Both the position numbers and the translations under genes were made by a program. From positions 62,001 through 126,000 of IMG/VR virus record IMGVR_UViG_3300033997_000136: DNA of 64,000 bases; one strand, 5' to 3'. Under the pieces are notes generated by a model. It was not told where the DNA came from. It saw only the letters and a program-made list of their open reading frames with translations, and did not search any database. Below, one piece after another: positions 48,333-57,186 of this stretch (positions within the stretch are counted from its first letter, which is position 1; each line of letters begins with the position of its first letter).

Positions 48333-48953
48333 ATGGCACTCTATTCTGAAACAAAACCAGCGGTTGTTATTCTGAAAGACTACAGTCGCTTACCCGTAGT
48401 AGCAAAGTACGTTGCGTTTCTTGCTGTTGACGATGTATATATGTTAGTTGCCACGCAGGAAGTTGCACATGGGGATGTGGTTACACAGCTTTATCACACA
48501 CCACCTGTGGATATGTCAGAAAACCATATCCCGTTGACGGTGACTGGTTTACTTCACCGGTATCAAGTGGAAGATGTCTTTTCAGATATTTTTCGCACTG
48601 ATAAGGTGGTGGATAAACGATTCTTTGCTAAAGTAGAACCTTACGTTAGTTTCTTTGGTTTACATCAATTCTTTAGTGATAGAGCCAGCCATGAGATAGA
48701 CGACGAAAAACCGTTGAGTGCTTTAATCCGCGAACGACAACGGGATGCTTTCTATCAACGTGACCAGTTGGGTGAGTTTAGCACGTATGAACCTGTAACA
48801 ACCAACACACATTTACATGACTTAGTAGTTCAGTTTGTTGAACAGAAACAACACATTGCGCTCACTATTCCTGTAAGTGAATTTAAGTCCTTTAAACCAA
48901 CTGTAGCTGGATGGGTGTATTGGCATACAGGACATGCAACAGAAGACGAATAA
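48333..48953 (+). CDS. Hypothetical protein
   Basis: GGAG RBS. Confidence 0.75.
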   Translation: MALYSETKPAVVILKDYSRLPVVAKYVAFLAVDDVYMLVATQEVAHGDVVTQLYHTPPVDMSENHIPLTVTGLLHRYQVEDVFSDIFRTDKVVDKRFFAKVEPYVSFFGLHQFFSDRASHEIDDEKPLSALIRERQRDAFYQRDQLGEFSTYEPVTTNTHLHDLVVQFVEQKQHIALTIPVSEFKSFKPTVAGWVYWHTGHATEDE

Positions 48954-48988
48954 GAGGAAGGGCAATTGCCCTTCCCTTTATTTTTTGT
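48943..48988 (+). repeat. Stop+terminator unit, 42/46 identical to 58585-58630
   Basis: AAGACGAATAAGAGGAAGGGCAATTGCCCTTCCCTTTATTTTTTGT. Confidence 0.8.
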
Positions 48989-48997
48989 CTTTTTTTC

Positions 48998-49017
48998 AAA
49001 CATACATTATACTCATG
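48998..49017 (+). promoter_or_regulatory. Early promoter motif
   Basis: AAACA-TACATTAT-ACTCA-TG. Confidence 0.7.
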
Positions 49018-49049
49018 ACACGATTGAATAAAAACAAAAGGAGGTTATC

Positions 49050-49301
49050 ATGTCAATTCTATTTATTAAAGTTCTTTACGTTTTACTATTAAATACAACG
49101 GCAAGTTACTTTGTTAAGAAAGGTCTTTTAAAAGCAAATAAGACAGAGGTGGTGTGTATTTCATTTTCACGTATTTATCTTACGACTGAAAAGAAAGCAC
49201 TTGGGTATTTACCTCCTCATGCGATTCGTTTTGTAAAACACAAACAAGAGATTCGTATCTATCCTCATTTACTTTTAAAAGGGTTTTCTCTTATTAAATA
49301 A
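49050..49301 (+). CDS. Hypothetical basic protein
   Basis: AAGGAGGT RBS. Confidence 0.65.
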   Translation: MSILFIKVLYVLLLNTTASYFVKKGLLKANKTEVVCISFSRIYLTTEKKALGYLPPHAIRFVKHKQEIRIYPHLLLKGFSLIK

Positions 49302-49320
49302 TCAAAAGAAGGAACATCAC

Positions 49321-49821
49321 ATGTCAACAAATAAATCAACACAATACACGATACCACCTGAGCTTATCGCTCAGTTTGGTACAGATACAGTTCGAGACCA
49401 CATGGCTCGCTCTTTAGGAAGACCTCCATCAAGTGATGAGTTATTGGCTGCTGTAAAGATGAAAGATGCGTATGCTTTTCCTAAAGACATTTTCTACGCG
49501 TATGAACATGCTCAACATTACTTAAGTCAAGACCGACGTCTTGCACTAGGGTTAGATTCGAATAAACAATACTTTGTTCGCATACAACCACCTGCTGATA
49601 ATTCAGCAGGTATTTTTCCACCCAACGAACTTAGACAACGTTTGTCATCTATTTATGAACAATATGTTGAATACAACATACCTAAAGCAGGACCCTACGG
49701 TAGTCATGTTGTTCATCGAAGTTGGGGTATGTTATCTTTGGTCGCAAAAGCTGTTAATAAAGCATTAAAGCTTACATGCAGTGGTCAATTTGGCGCACCC
49801 ACGCCATATATTCGAAACTAA
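49321..49821 (+). CDS. Hypothetical protein
   Basis: AAGGA RBS. Confidence 0.7.
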   Translation: MSTNKSTQYTIPPELIAQFGTDTVRDHMARSLGRPPSSDELLAAVKMKDAYAFPKDIFYAYEHAQHYLSQDRRLALGLDSNKQYFVRIQPPADNSAGIFPPNELRQRLSSIYEQYVEYNIPKAGPYGSHVVHRSWGMLSLVAKAVNKALKLTCSGQFGAPTPYIRN

Positions 49822-49883
49822 AAACATACAGGGTAGGTACTTTTTATAGTCAACTACCCCTTTTCTTTATAAGGATTATAACG

Positions 49884-50414
49884 ATGCCCACTTCAAAAGA
49901 TATACCTGCACAACAGTTTGTGAATCTTTTTGGTTCTACGCCATTTCAAAATATTGTTGTGATTCAAAAACGTTCTATCGCATCTCGCAGTGATGCGTTT
50001 GATAACGAACCCTACTACCGTGGTCTTACGTTAAGTAAAGGGTGGTTAGAACACGTTATTCTTTTATTAAAGAAACCGTACGTTGCTGCAATAGACGATA
50101 TTACAGCATATTCTATCCTTCGTGCAAGCGATTCAGATATCAAAGCATCACCGTGGGTGCTTACTCATGCGGCTATCGCTATAGTGACGCCATACGGCCC
50201 TGTGGTTGCGTATACAGTGGCTGGTGAGGAGATTATTCGTTCTCATGTACCAAATGAGTTAAAGTGCTACTTACCTTCTGAGTTTTGGGTAGGTGAATCA
50301 TTGAATTACTTCATCCCTAAACTTGCTGATTTCTGCAGACGAAGAGCATTGGATGTTGCAGCGGCAAAAAATCCAACATTAGAAACAATCAAAGAATCGG
50401 TAGGTAACTCGTGA
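49884..50414 (+). CDS. Hypothetical protein (related to 40091)
   Basis: Start moved to ATG 49884 (AAGGA). Confidence 0.7.
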   Translation: MPTSKDIPAQQFVNLFGSTPFQNIVVIQKRSIASRSDAFDNEPYYRGLTLSKGWLEHVILLLKKPYVAAIDDITAYSILRASDSDIKASPWVLTHAAIAIVTPYGPVVAYTVAGEEIIRSHVPNELKCYLPSEFWVGESLNYFIPKLADFCRRRALDVAAAKNPTLETIKESVGNS

Positions 50415-50728
50415 GTACATTAATTGTTGAAGCCTTTACCCATCAAGCCCTTTGGTCTGCAAAGTCTCCATTTCGAAATAGTCCGCTTGCAAAGAGCACA
50501 GACCGTTTTATAAACCACGTTCGTATCGAGTTAAACTTAGAAGGTGTGTATTACGTCATTACTAAGTTGATGAAGAAACAGTATGCAGGTGGTCGTCCTG
50601 CGGTGTTAAAACATTTAGCCATGTTAACTAAGGTTGGTACACTTACTCGTATCGAAAATGGTAAAGAAACAACGTGGATGATGATGGTCGATGTATCACA
50701 ACAACAAAATCAAGGAGCGACGTCATGA
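50411..50728 (+). CDS. Winged-helix-like protein, tandem paralogue 1
   Basis: LI..AF ... GGRPAVLKHLAMLTKVGTL. Confidence 0.55.
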   Translation: MSTLIVEAFTHQALWSAKSPFRNSPLAKSTDRFINHVRIELNLEGVYYVITKLMKKQYAGGRPAVLKHLAMLTKVGTLTRIENGKETTWMMMVDVSQQQNQGATS

Positions 50729-51195
50729 AAGACATTATTTTAACAGCCTTTGCAGACCATGCAAAGAAAGCGTTGGGTGAAGGTCAAGCTCAATTAAGTA
50801 AACCAGATGTGGTACGCAATACCGTCAAAGCAACACCTGGGTATGTCGTTGTTACTCCACAAGGTGACATTGTAGTACAAAAAGCATTTAAAGATATTGT
50901 GGATGTGATTCGTACTGTATTAGGTAAAGATGTACCCGGCGGTAAACCTGCAGTCAGTCGTGTGGTTGATACCTTAGTACGACAAAACGTGTTTAAACGT
51001 GTTGTTTGCAATTTAACGGGCGGTACGTTGCTTGAGTACAAGTTACCTAACAACGTCAAGGTAGATGTACTTGAGTATGCTACGCATCGAATTGCAGCAA
51101 ATCAATTAGCAAAACAACAAATGCGTTCGTCATTAGGTCAGTTGACCTCAAAGGTGATTCGAACCGCTAAACAATTTATCCGAGGTAGTGAATGA
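50725..51195 (+). CDS. Winged-helix-like protein, tandem paralogue 2
   Basis: IILTAF ... GGKPAVSRVVDTLVRQNVF; start ATG 50725. Confidence 0.55.
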   Translation: MKDIILTAFADHAKKALGEGQAQLSKPDVVRNTVKATPGYVVVTPQGDIVVQKAFKDIVDVIRTVLGKDVPGGKPAVSRVVDTLVRQNVFKRVVCNLTGGTLLEYKLPNNVKVDVLEYATHRIAANQLAKQQMRSSLGQLTSKVIRTAKQFIRGSE

Positions 51196-51605
51196 AAGAG
51201 TTAATTTTAAAAGCATTTAAGTCGCGATTAGCGGGTGTGCTGCAAACACGTTTACTTAAACAGTCACCGTTTTATCATGAAGTAAATGGTAGTCCAGTTG
51301 CAGTGATTGCATTAGATTTAAATGGTATCTTCTACGGTGCGACTGAGCAGAAACCAAATGAGCGTGTTCGGTACATTCCAGGTGGTCGTCCAGCGCTTTT
51401 AAACCATCTAAAGAAGTTAGTAAACGATGGCGTATTGATTGACCAAGGAACCAATTGGGGTCCTCGGTATTGGGCGTACAAATTTACTGGTGAAGAGTTG
51501 GAAACTATCGTTGAAGAAACGAAGCGTCCACGTGAATTTGCTGAAGTATTCTTTCCAGTTAAAACTGAAGAGGTGAATCAACATGAAACGAGTGAACAGC
51601 TCTAA
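51192..51605 (+). CDS. Winged-helix-like protein, tandem paralogue 3
   Basis: LILKAF ... GGRPALLNHLKKLVNDGVL. Confidence 0.55.
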   Translation: MKELILKAFKSRLAGVLQTRLLKQSPFYHEVNGSPVAVIALDLNGIFYGATEQKPNERVRYIPGGRPALLNHLKKLVNDGVLIDQGTNWGPRYWAYKFTGEELETIVEETKRPREFAEVFFPVKTEEVNQHETSEQL

Positions 51606-51840
51606 AGAGCAAACTATCACTGAAGTGACTCGCGACGATGGTAGTGTAGTTCGTTTTAGAAAGTTATTAACAGCTAAAATGGTGTGTGAGCTTTTAAGCA
51701 TTAGTCGTTCAACGTTAGAACGTCATCTCAAAGATGGAAAGTTAATGTCTCCAACATTCTATCTAGGACAATCACCTCGTTGGGCTGATATCATGTTAAT
51801 TGATTGGCTAAAACAAAAGACAGGAGGTCAATGTGGCTGA
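51583..51840 (+). CDS. AlpA/excisionase-family HTH protein
   Basis: LLTAKMVCELLSISRSTLERHLKDG...P....G.SPRW....IDWL. Confidence 0.8.
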   Translation: MKRVNSSKEQTITEVTRDDGSVVRFRKLLTAKMVCELLSISRSTLERHLKDGKLMSPTFYLGQSPRWADIMLIDWLKQKTGGQCG

Positions 51841-52600
51841 AGGGTCTATTCAAGCTTATCTACATCAATGTAGGGCTGCTAAAGGTATCATTGGTTTTAC
51901 GCCAGAAGAATTGGCCACTGAAACAAAAACAGATGCGTTGTTAAAGCGCATTGTGAAACATTTAGACGCAGTTGTTGAGATGGGTATTAATTGCGCAGAC
52001 TCAGATACGGTACTTACTAACCATGCTGAGTTCTGTGAACTTGCAAGTCTTATCCATGATGTACCTACCATTGAGTTCATTGAGGCAGTAGTCAAGAACG
52101 ATTATCGCTGTTCAATAGAACATCACTTTGGTTTATTATCAATGATGGTCATGTTAACCACCTTTAGAAACAAAGGTCAGATTTCAATCCTAGAATGGAT
52201 GCAGTCTATCTTGTTGTGGGGTTGTTTAGCTGACCATTCACGTCAACCTATCAAAGACAATATTGTAAAACACGATTGGGGGCGTGCTGCTGCTTTCTAC
52301 ACTAAACTATTGGCTAAAGAAATAGCAATGGCACCCATTGTTCATTTCACAGCCCCTAAAATGGTAGATGTGTACGATGAAGTGGTTAATGGATTAACTG
52401 ATATGGTTGGACAACACTTTGTAGATGCTGGAATTGCAAAGCGAATCAACACTAAAGTAGTCGTTATTGGAAGCGTTGGACACCCCACTATAACGACAGC
52501 GTGTCGTGTGCCGGGTAAGTTGTTGGAACCATCATTCTCAGCAAAACCATTTTGGGTTCAACGTCAAGAAAAACAGTCTCGTCGACAACATCGACGTTAA
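51833..52600 (+). CDS. Hypothetical protein
   Basis: AGGAGG RBS. Confidence 0.75.
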   Translation: MAEGSIQAYLHQCRAAKGIIGFTPEELATETKTDALLKRIVKHLDAVVEMGINCADSDTVLTNHAEFCELASLIHDVPTIEFIEAVVKNDYRCSIEHHFGLLSMMVMLTTFRNKGQISILEWMQSILLWGCLADHSRQPIKDNIVKHDWGRAAAFYTKLLAKEIAMAPIVHFTAPKMVDVYDEVVNGLTDMVGQHFVDAGIAKRINTKVVVIGSVGHPTITTACRVPGKLLEPSFSAKPFWVQRQEKQSRRQHRR

Positions 52601-52616
52601 ATTACAAGGAGTGCGT

Positions 52617-52916
52617 ATGGATTTAGACAACCACAAAATGATAGCGTTTTTTGGTGAAGAATTTACTCAGTTACTACTCGTTGTTTTTAAACTATCACCA
52701 ACTACTACAGTGAAATTACTTCGTCATCACGACAAACATTATAGAATCGAAGTAGTTTCACCTAATCCGATTTCACTTGAATTGGAGCAAGTTATACAAA
52801 AATTAGTAACGTCAGCGGTACTTAGCGATTACATTCAGAAAAGGTTGTTTGTAAGTGGTGAATTAACGATATGGCAAACTAGTGATTCACCACCTAGTAT
52901 TATGTTAACAAGTTGA
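52617..52916 (+). CDS. Hypothetical protein
   Basis: Start moved to ATG 52617 (AAGGAG). Confidence 0.65.
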   Translation: MDLDNHKMIAFFGEEFTQLLLVVFKLSPTTTVKLLRHHDKHYRIEVVSPNPISLELEQVIQKLVTSAVLSDYIQKRLFVSGELTIWQTSDSPPSIMLTS

Positions 52917-52929
52917 TCTAATATAAAGG

Positions 52930-53250
52930 ATGGATATGAGTAACTTTAAAAAACTATGCAGTGGTTATGGTGCTTATATCCATCTTTGGTTTCTATTTTA
53001 TAAAACAAGGAGGTGGTTACGAAAAGACCTTACACCATTAAAACGAATGGTTATTGAACTTCAGTATCAAATGGTAGTAACAACATTCTTAGCGATAAAA
53101 GGAAAGCGTAAGTGGATACCTATCCCTTCTGAATGTAATGCAATCAAACCAGACATTACGGAGACCTATGAGAAAATAAACAAACGGCAACTTGCTGTAG
53201 AAGCAATACGTGAACGACAAACCATTCAACAACAACAAAAGGACCTCTAA
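52930..53250 (+). CDS. Hypothetical protein
   Basis: ORF in operon. Confidence 0.6.
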   Translation: MDMSNFKKLCSGYGAYIHLWFLFYKTRRWLRKDLTPLKRMVIELQYQMVVTTFLAIKGKRKWIPIPSECNAIKPDITETYEKINKRQLAVEAIRERQTIQQQQKDL

Positions 53251-53334
53251 CTCTTTTATTTATTCTTTTTGTTTTGTGTAAGATGTACGCGCTCATACTT
53301 ACGCAAATTGACTTCCAATAGAAAGGACGATGTG

Positions 53335-54063
53335 ATGAAAACAGTATTATTCTTATTATTAACCCTGGTTGCATTCAACTCGAACGCTTCATTCGATCAA
53401 TTTGGCACAACAATTATCAAAGCCGCACAAACTGTTAACGTAGACCCATTGGTACTTAGTGCGTTTGCTCACAAAGAAACAAACTTCAGAAACGTGAAAG
53501 CAACGTATAAAAAATCTACCGCTGCTGGTCTTTTTCAAATTAACAACAGAACCTGGAAAGGTCTTCTTGAAAAGTATGGACATGAAGTCCATTTAGATAC
53601 AACCGCAAGTAAATTTGACCCACGTGCTAATAGCTTAATGGCTGGTATCTATGTACGTGAAAACGCAAAAGCATTGAAACGTGTTTTAGGTCGTAAAGCA
53701 ACCCCTGCTGAAATGTACATGTCACATCTACTAGGGTTAGGTGGTGCTATTAAAGTATTAACCGCTAAACGTAGTAAAGTCATCGCTGATGTTGTAGCTT
53801 ATGCCATCGCTGGAAATAAACGTTTATTTGTGACTGAAAAAGGTAAGTTCAGAACCGTTGGACAATTCCGTGATTACATGCATTGGAAGTTTAGTCAGGT
53901 GATGAATGATATCAAAGATACTGTAGATACCACTGTGGCTAAAATAGAAGCCCAGAAGCACTACAATGAAATGAAACGCAAAGCCACTACCTATGTGTCA
54001 AGTATAGGTGATGTCTCGTTAAAATTGATTACCGTGTCCATATTTGGACGAACACTAACCTAA
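53335..54063 (+). CDS. Lytic transglycosylase (SLT, phiKZ gp144 catalytic-like) with signal peptide
   Basis: Catalytic E in AHKETNF, STAAGLFQI...TW, DPRAN..MA, YMSHLLGLGGA; N-terminus MKTVLFLLLTLVAFNSNA. Confidence 0.85.
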   Translation: MKTVLFLLLTLVAFNSNASFDQFGTTIIKAAQTVNVDPLVLSAFAHKETNFRNVKATYKKSTAAGLFQINNRTWKGLLEKYGHEVHLDTTASKFDPRANSLMAGIYVRENAKALKRVLGRKATPAEMYMSHLLGLGGAIKVLTAKRSKVIADVVAYAIAGNKRLFVTEKGKFRTVGQFRDYMHWKFSQVMNDIKDTVDTTVAKIEAQKHYNEMKRKATTYVSSIGDVSLKLITVSIFGRTLT

Positions 54064-54065
54064 GA

Positions 54066-54095
54066 AGAAGGACAGAGCAAATGCTCTGTCCTTCT
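54066..54095 (+). terminator. GC-apex hairpin terminator
   Basis: AGAAGGACAGAGCA-AA-TGCTCTGTCCTTCT. Confidence 0.8.
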
Positions 54096-54124
54096 CTATG
54101 CTTTTTTTATAAAAGGACCCCACA

Positions 54125-54823
54125 ATGAACATTAGAAACCCATTAGTTATTCCAAAAGAAGTGTACAATTCATCCACGTGTGATGATGAGACCTTTAAAG
54201 AATTTACAGCAACGCTTCGTTATATGCAGGGAATCGGAGAATCTCCTATTCGATTGATTCTACCAGAAGACTACGATGTAAATCAAACAAGGGCGTTTGT
54301 AGAACGTCTGTGCCTACGCGAAGGGATGATGTTGAGTTGGTTCTATTACGACCGTATTCAAATGTTAACTCCTGAACGTCAAGTGGAGATGTTAGGTGTC
54401 AACATTTCTCAATTGATTGCACACGATGTAATTCGTGATGTACAACATCTTCTTCGCAGACGGTTGTCTGAGACTATCATGAAAGACATTCATGTCAACC
54501 CAGAAGAACCTGACGTAGGTGCCCCATTGTTGGACCAATATAAACTTACGAGTGATTTAGTTGCAGGTGGGTATGATGTTAAGATTACACCGATACCTGC
54601 GTATATCTGTGGCTTACACCCACTTGTTGTACATGTGTCTGTAAATACACATCAACTTAATCACCGGTATGAAGAATACGCTTTAGTCGTCAATCAATCC
54701 TTCGTTGTGTTTGAACACATGTTAGAAGGTCAGGTGACTTCAGCATCGCAACATTTATCTCATTTGTTTAAAGAATATTTTAAACAGATTAAATCACAAA
54801 TTAAACCAAAACAAGAAGGCTAA
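54125..54823 (+). CDS. Hypothetical protein (weakly related to 56544)
   Basis: F...LC.....L.....R pattern. Confidence 0.7.
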   Translation: MNIRNPLVIPKEVYNSSTCDDETFKEFTATLRYMQGIGESPIRLILPEDYDVNQTRAFVERLCLREGMMLSWFYYDRIQMLTPERQVEMLGVNISQLIAHDVIRDVQHLLRRRLSETIMKDIHVNPEEPDVGAPLLDQYKLTSDLVAGGYDVKITPIPAYICGLHPLVVHVSVNTHQLNHRYEEYALVVNQSFVVFEHMLEGQVTSASQHLSHLFKEYFKQIKSQIKPKQEG

Positions 54824-54830
54824 TCTTTTT

Positions 54831-56141
54831 ATGGAAACAAAACGTGTCTTTGTCCCAGACAACAACCGCTTTATTTTGCAGACGTTAAATCCATCTCCGG
54901 TTGCTGAGAAGCTACCACCAAAAATATACCGTGCTTGCTTTGACCCACAGACAGGTACTATCTTTGTTGAACACCTGTATGACAAATTTGTTCTGCCAAA
55001 GAAGATATACGGTAGTTTACACCATCAGCGTGTTCAGCGCGTATTAGACCATCATGCCACAAGCAAAAGCTCGTTAGGTGTCTTATTGATGGGTTTAAAG
55101 GGAACAGGGAAAACACTGTTTTCCTTTCTTATCTGCAATAAGTTATTGGAGAAAGGGCATCCTGTTATTTACTTTGATACCCCTATCCCAGCGTTTGTGG
55201 CTCGCCATCTGATTGAGTTTATTGATGATGGTGTGTTCTTACTGGATGAGTTTGGTAAGTTGTTTAAAGCGTATGCTAATGAGCCAAATGGAAGTACAGT
55301 AGATGCACAGTCGCAATTGTTAACTGCGTTCAGTGACCGCAACTTAACACGTCGCATGATTTTGGTGACAGATAACAACGAATCTAATTTGTTGTACGAA
55401 CTGAAAGACAGACCAGGTCGTTTTCATTACCGTTTCATGTATGCTCGTTTACCTAACTCAGCGATTGAAGAGCGTGTAGATGCAGACATCACCGACCCTG
55501 AACAGGCGTTATTGTTGAAGTATTACGGGTTCTATCAGGAAGTCTCTATGGATTGCTTAGATGCAGCTGTGGGATTGATGAAAGAAGTCAATGATGTGGA
55601 TACATGGTTAGAACAAATCTCATGGATTAACATTCCTGTGATGCGTTTCTTCCGCTTGTATTGCTCACCTAACGTAAACTATTCATCAATGCGTCACCAG
55701 TACAGCAAAGATAAAGACGAACAGCCTGAGTACCCAACCTACAGTTGCCAAATCACCATGACAACAGCAACCAGTGGTCAGGTTTCTTTATTGAAACTCA
55801 ACATGGATGAAAATGGTAAACAAATCGGAGCTGAACTGTTAGACACAGTAAGTTGGCATTACAACGATACATTGATTATTGGTGATAAGTACATTACTGA
55901 TAAACAGTGGATACGTATGGACCGCCCAAGTCGTATTGTTGCAGGTCGTGTTGAGAACATGGTGTTGTTCCCTGATTTTCCGTTAGTCACGTGTACTATC
56001 TTTACACAGCTCACTATGGAGCGTTTGCACTACCCACTGGTGTTAGATTGTCCAATGGGGATGATGTTAAACGACAATGGTGAACCTGCAAAAGGTAGTT
56101 TGGATGGGCGTTCTTCCAGATTCCTTGAATCACATTTCTAA
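54831..56141 (+). CDS. AAA-family ATPase
   Basis: Walker A GLKGTGKT, Walker B FLLDEF, arginine finger DRPGRF. Confidence 0.9.
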   Translation: METKRVFVPDNNRFILQTLNPSPVAEKLPPKIYRACFDPQTGTIFVEHLYDKFVLPKKIYGSLHHQRVQRVLDHHATSKSSLGVLLMGLKGTGKTLFSFLICNKLLEKGHPVIYFDTPIPAFVARHLIEFIDDGVFLLDEFGKLFKAYANEPNGSTVDAQSQLLTAFSDRNLTRRMILVTDNNESNLLYELKDRPGRFHYRFMYARLPNSAIEERVDADITDPEQALLLKYYGFYQEVSMDCLDAAVGLMKEVNDVDTWLEQISWINIPVMRFFRLYCSPNVNYSSMRHQYSKDKDEQPEYPTYSCQITMTTATSGQVSLLKLNMDENGKQIGAELLDTVSWHYNDTLIIGDKYITDKQWIRMDRPSRIVAGRVENMVLFPDFPLVTCTIFTQLTMERLHYPLVLDCPMGMMLNDNGEPAKGSLDGRSSRFLESHF

Positions 56142-56152
56142 GAAGGTTTTGT

Positions 56153-56506
56153 ATGGACTTTGAAACATTCCTTTTAGTAGTGAATGCACGGGTCATCAAT
56201 GCACGTTTAAATGCTGAAGAACAAAAAGAGCGCTTCAATCGAAAAGAAGCGCTTTACCATGCGTTGCTGTATGTAACCAACAACTTTAAACTTGATGCTG
56301 AATGCAATCAAGCGATAACACGGTTGTTAATTACGTACGGTTCAACAAAGACGAATTATGGTGTCACTCAAATAGAGTATCACTTTGATTCGTACATGGT
56401 GATGTTGTTTGGTCGTCAGTATATTCCTAATGACGGTGCTAAGTTACCTGAGCACATCTTAGCGGATTTTGAATCATCAATAGCACGAGGTGTAGTAGTG
56501 GGTTAA
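56153..56506 (+). CDS. Hypothetical protein
   Basis: ORF in operon. Confidence 0.7.
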   Translation: MDFETFLLVVNARVINARLNAEEQKERFNRKEALYHALLYVTNNFKLDAECNQAITRLLITYGSTKTNYGVTQIEYHFDSYMVMLFGRQYIPNDGAKLPEHILADFESSIARGVVVG

Positions 56507-56519
56507 CCCACTACTACAC
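56490..56519. repeat. Perfect 30-bp palindrome centred on the stop codon of 56153
   Basis: GTGTAGTAGTGGG-TTAA-CCCACTACTACAC. Confidence 0.85.
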
Positions 56520-56543
56520 TCTTATACCCCACAGGAGTTTATC

Positions 56544-57185
56544 GTGAATATAAATCGACTTATGCAATCAGGGTTTCCAGTTGAAGCAATGAAAAACTTA
56601 GTTGCATCTATTAACCATGCAATGAACACCAATCAAACCTTTGAATTAGAGTTTGATGAGACTATTTTACGCAGTGCATTTGCTATCAAAAACTTTATTC
56701 GAACGCTGTGTTTTGATTATGACTTACCGCTGCATTATATCGTCAATAATCGACTCACGTTAAAATCATCTAAAGTGATTACGCAGGAATTTATTAACGC
56801 TGCTAAAGCATGGACAGACGATGTTGTTGCGATCATTCGTAATGATGTTATCATTGCCATTCCAGAACTGGTTGCTAAATGGAAAGAAGCTGAAAAGAAT
56901 AGCGATGCATTAATCTCTATTGAGATTGACATTGTTACGTCAAACAACGCTTTAGGTTCTGTAACATTCAAGACTATTCCTGTGAACAACAAACGTTGTC
57001 TGATAGGGTTAGTGAGAATGACACATCCTCACCTTAAAGAACCGTTTAAAGATGTAATCATTGAACTGGTGGAAGGTGTGTATTTAGCTCAATCAGACTT
57101 AACTGAATTGGACTACATAAAGACCGACTTAATTGAGTTCTCTAAACTGGTGGACCAACAGTTAAAAACAGAAGGTGTAAATTAA
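56544..57185 (+). CDS. Hypothetical protein
   Basis: AGGAG RBS, GTG start. Confidence 0.7.
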   Translation: MNINRLMQSGFPVEAMKNLVASINHAMNTNQTFELEFDETILRSAFAIKNFIRTLCFDYDLPLHYIVNNRLTLKSSKVITQEFINAAKAWTDDVVAIIRNDVIIAIPELVAKWKEAEKNSDALISIEIDIVTSNNALGSVTFKTIPVNNKRCLIGLVRMTHPHLKEPFKDVIIELVEGVYLAQSDLTELDYIKTDLIEFSKLVDQQLKTEGVN

Positions 57186-57186
57186 A

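Noticed and set aside
51583-51840. Prophage or integrative element implied by the excisionase-like gene
   Set aside because: There is no integrase, att-like repeat or host gene; the whole window is consistent with a lytic jumbo phage.
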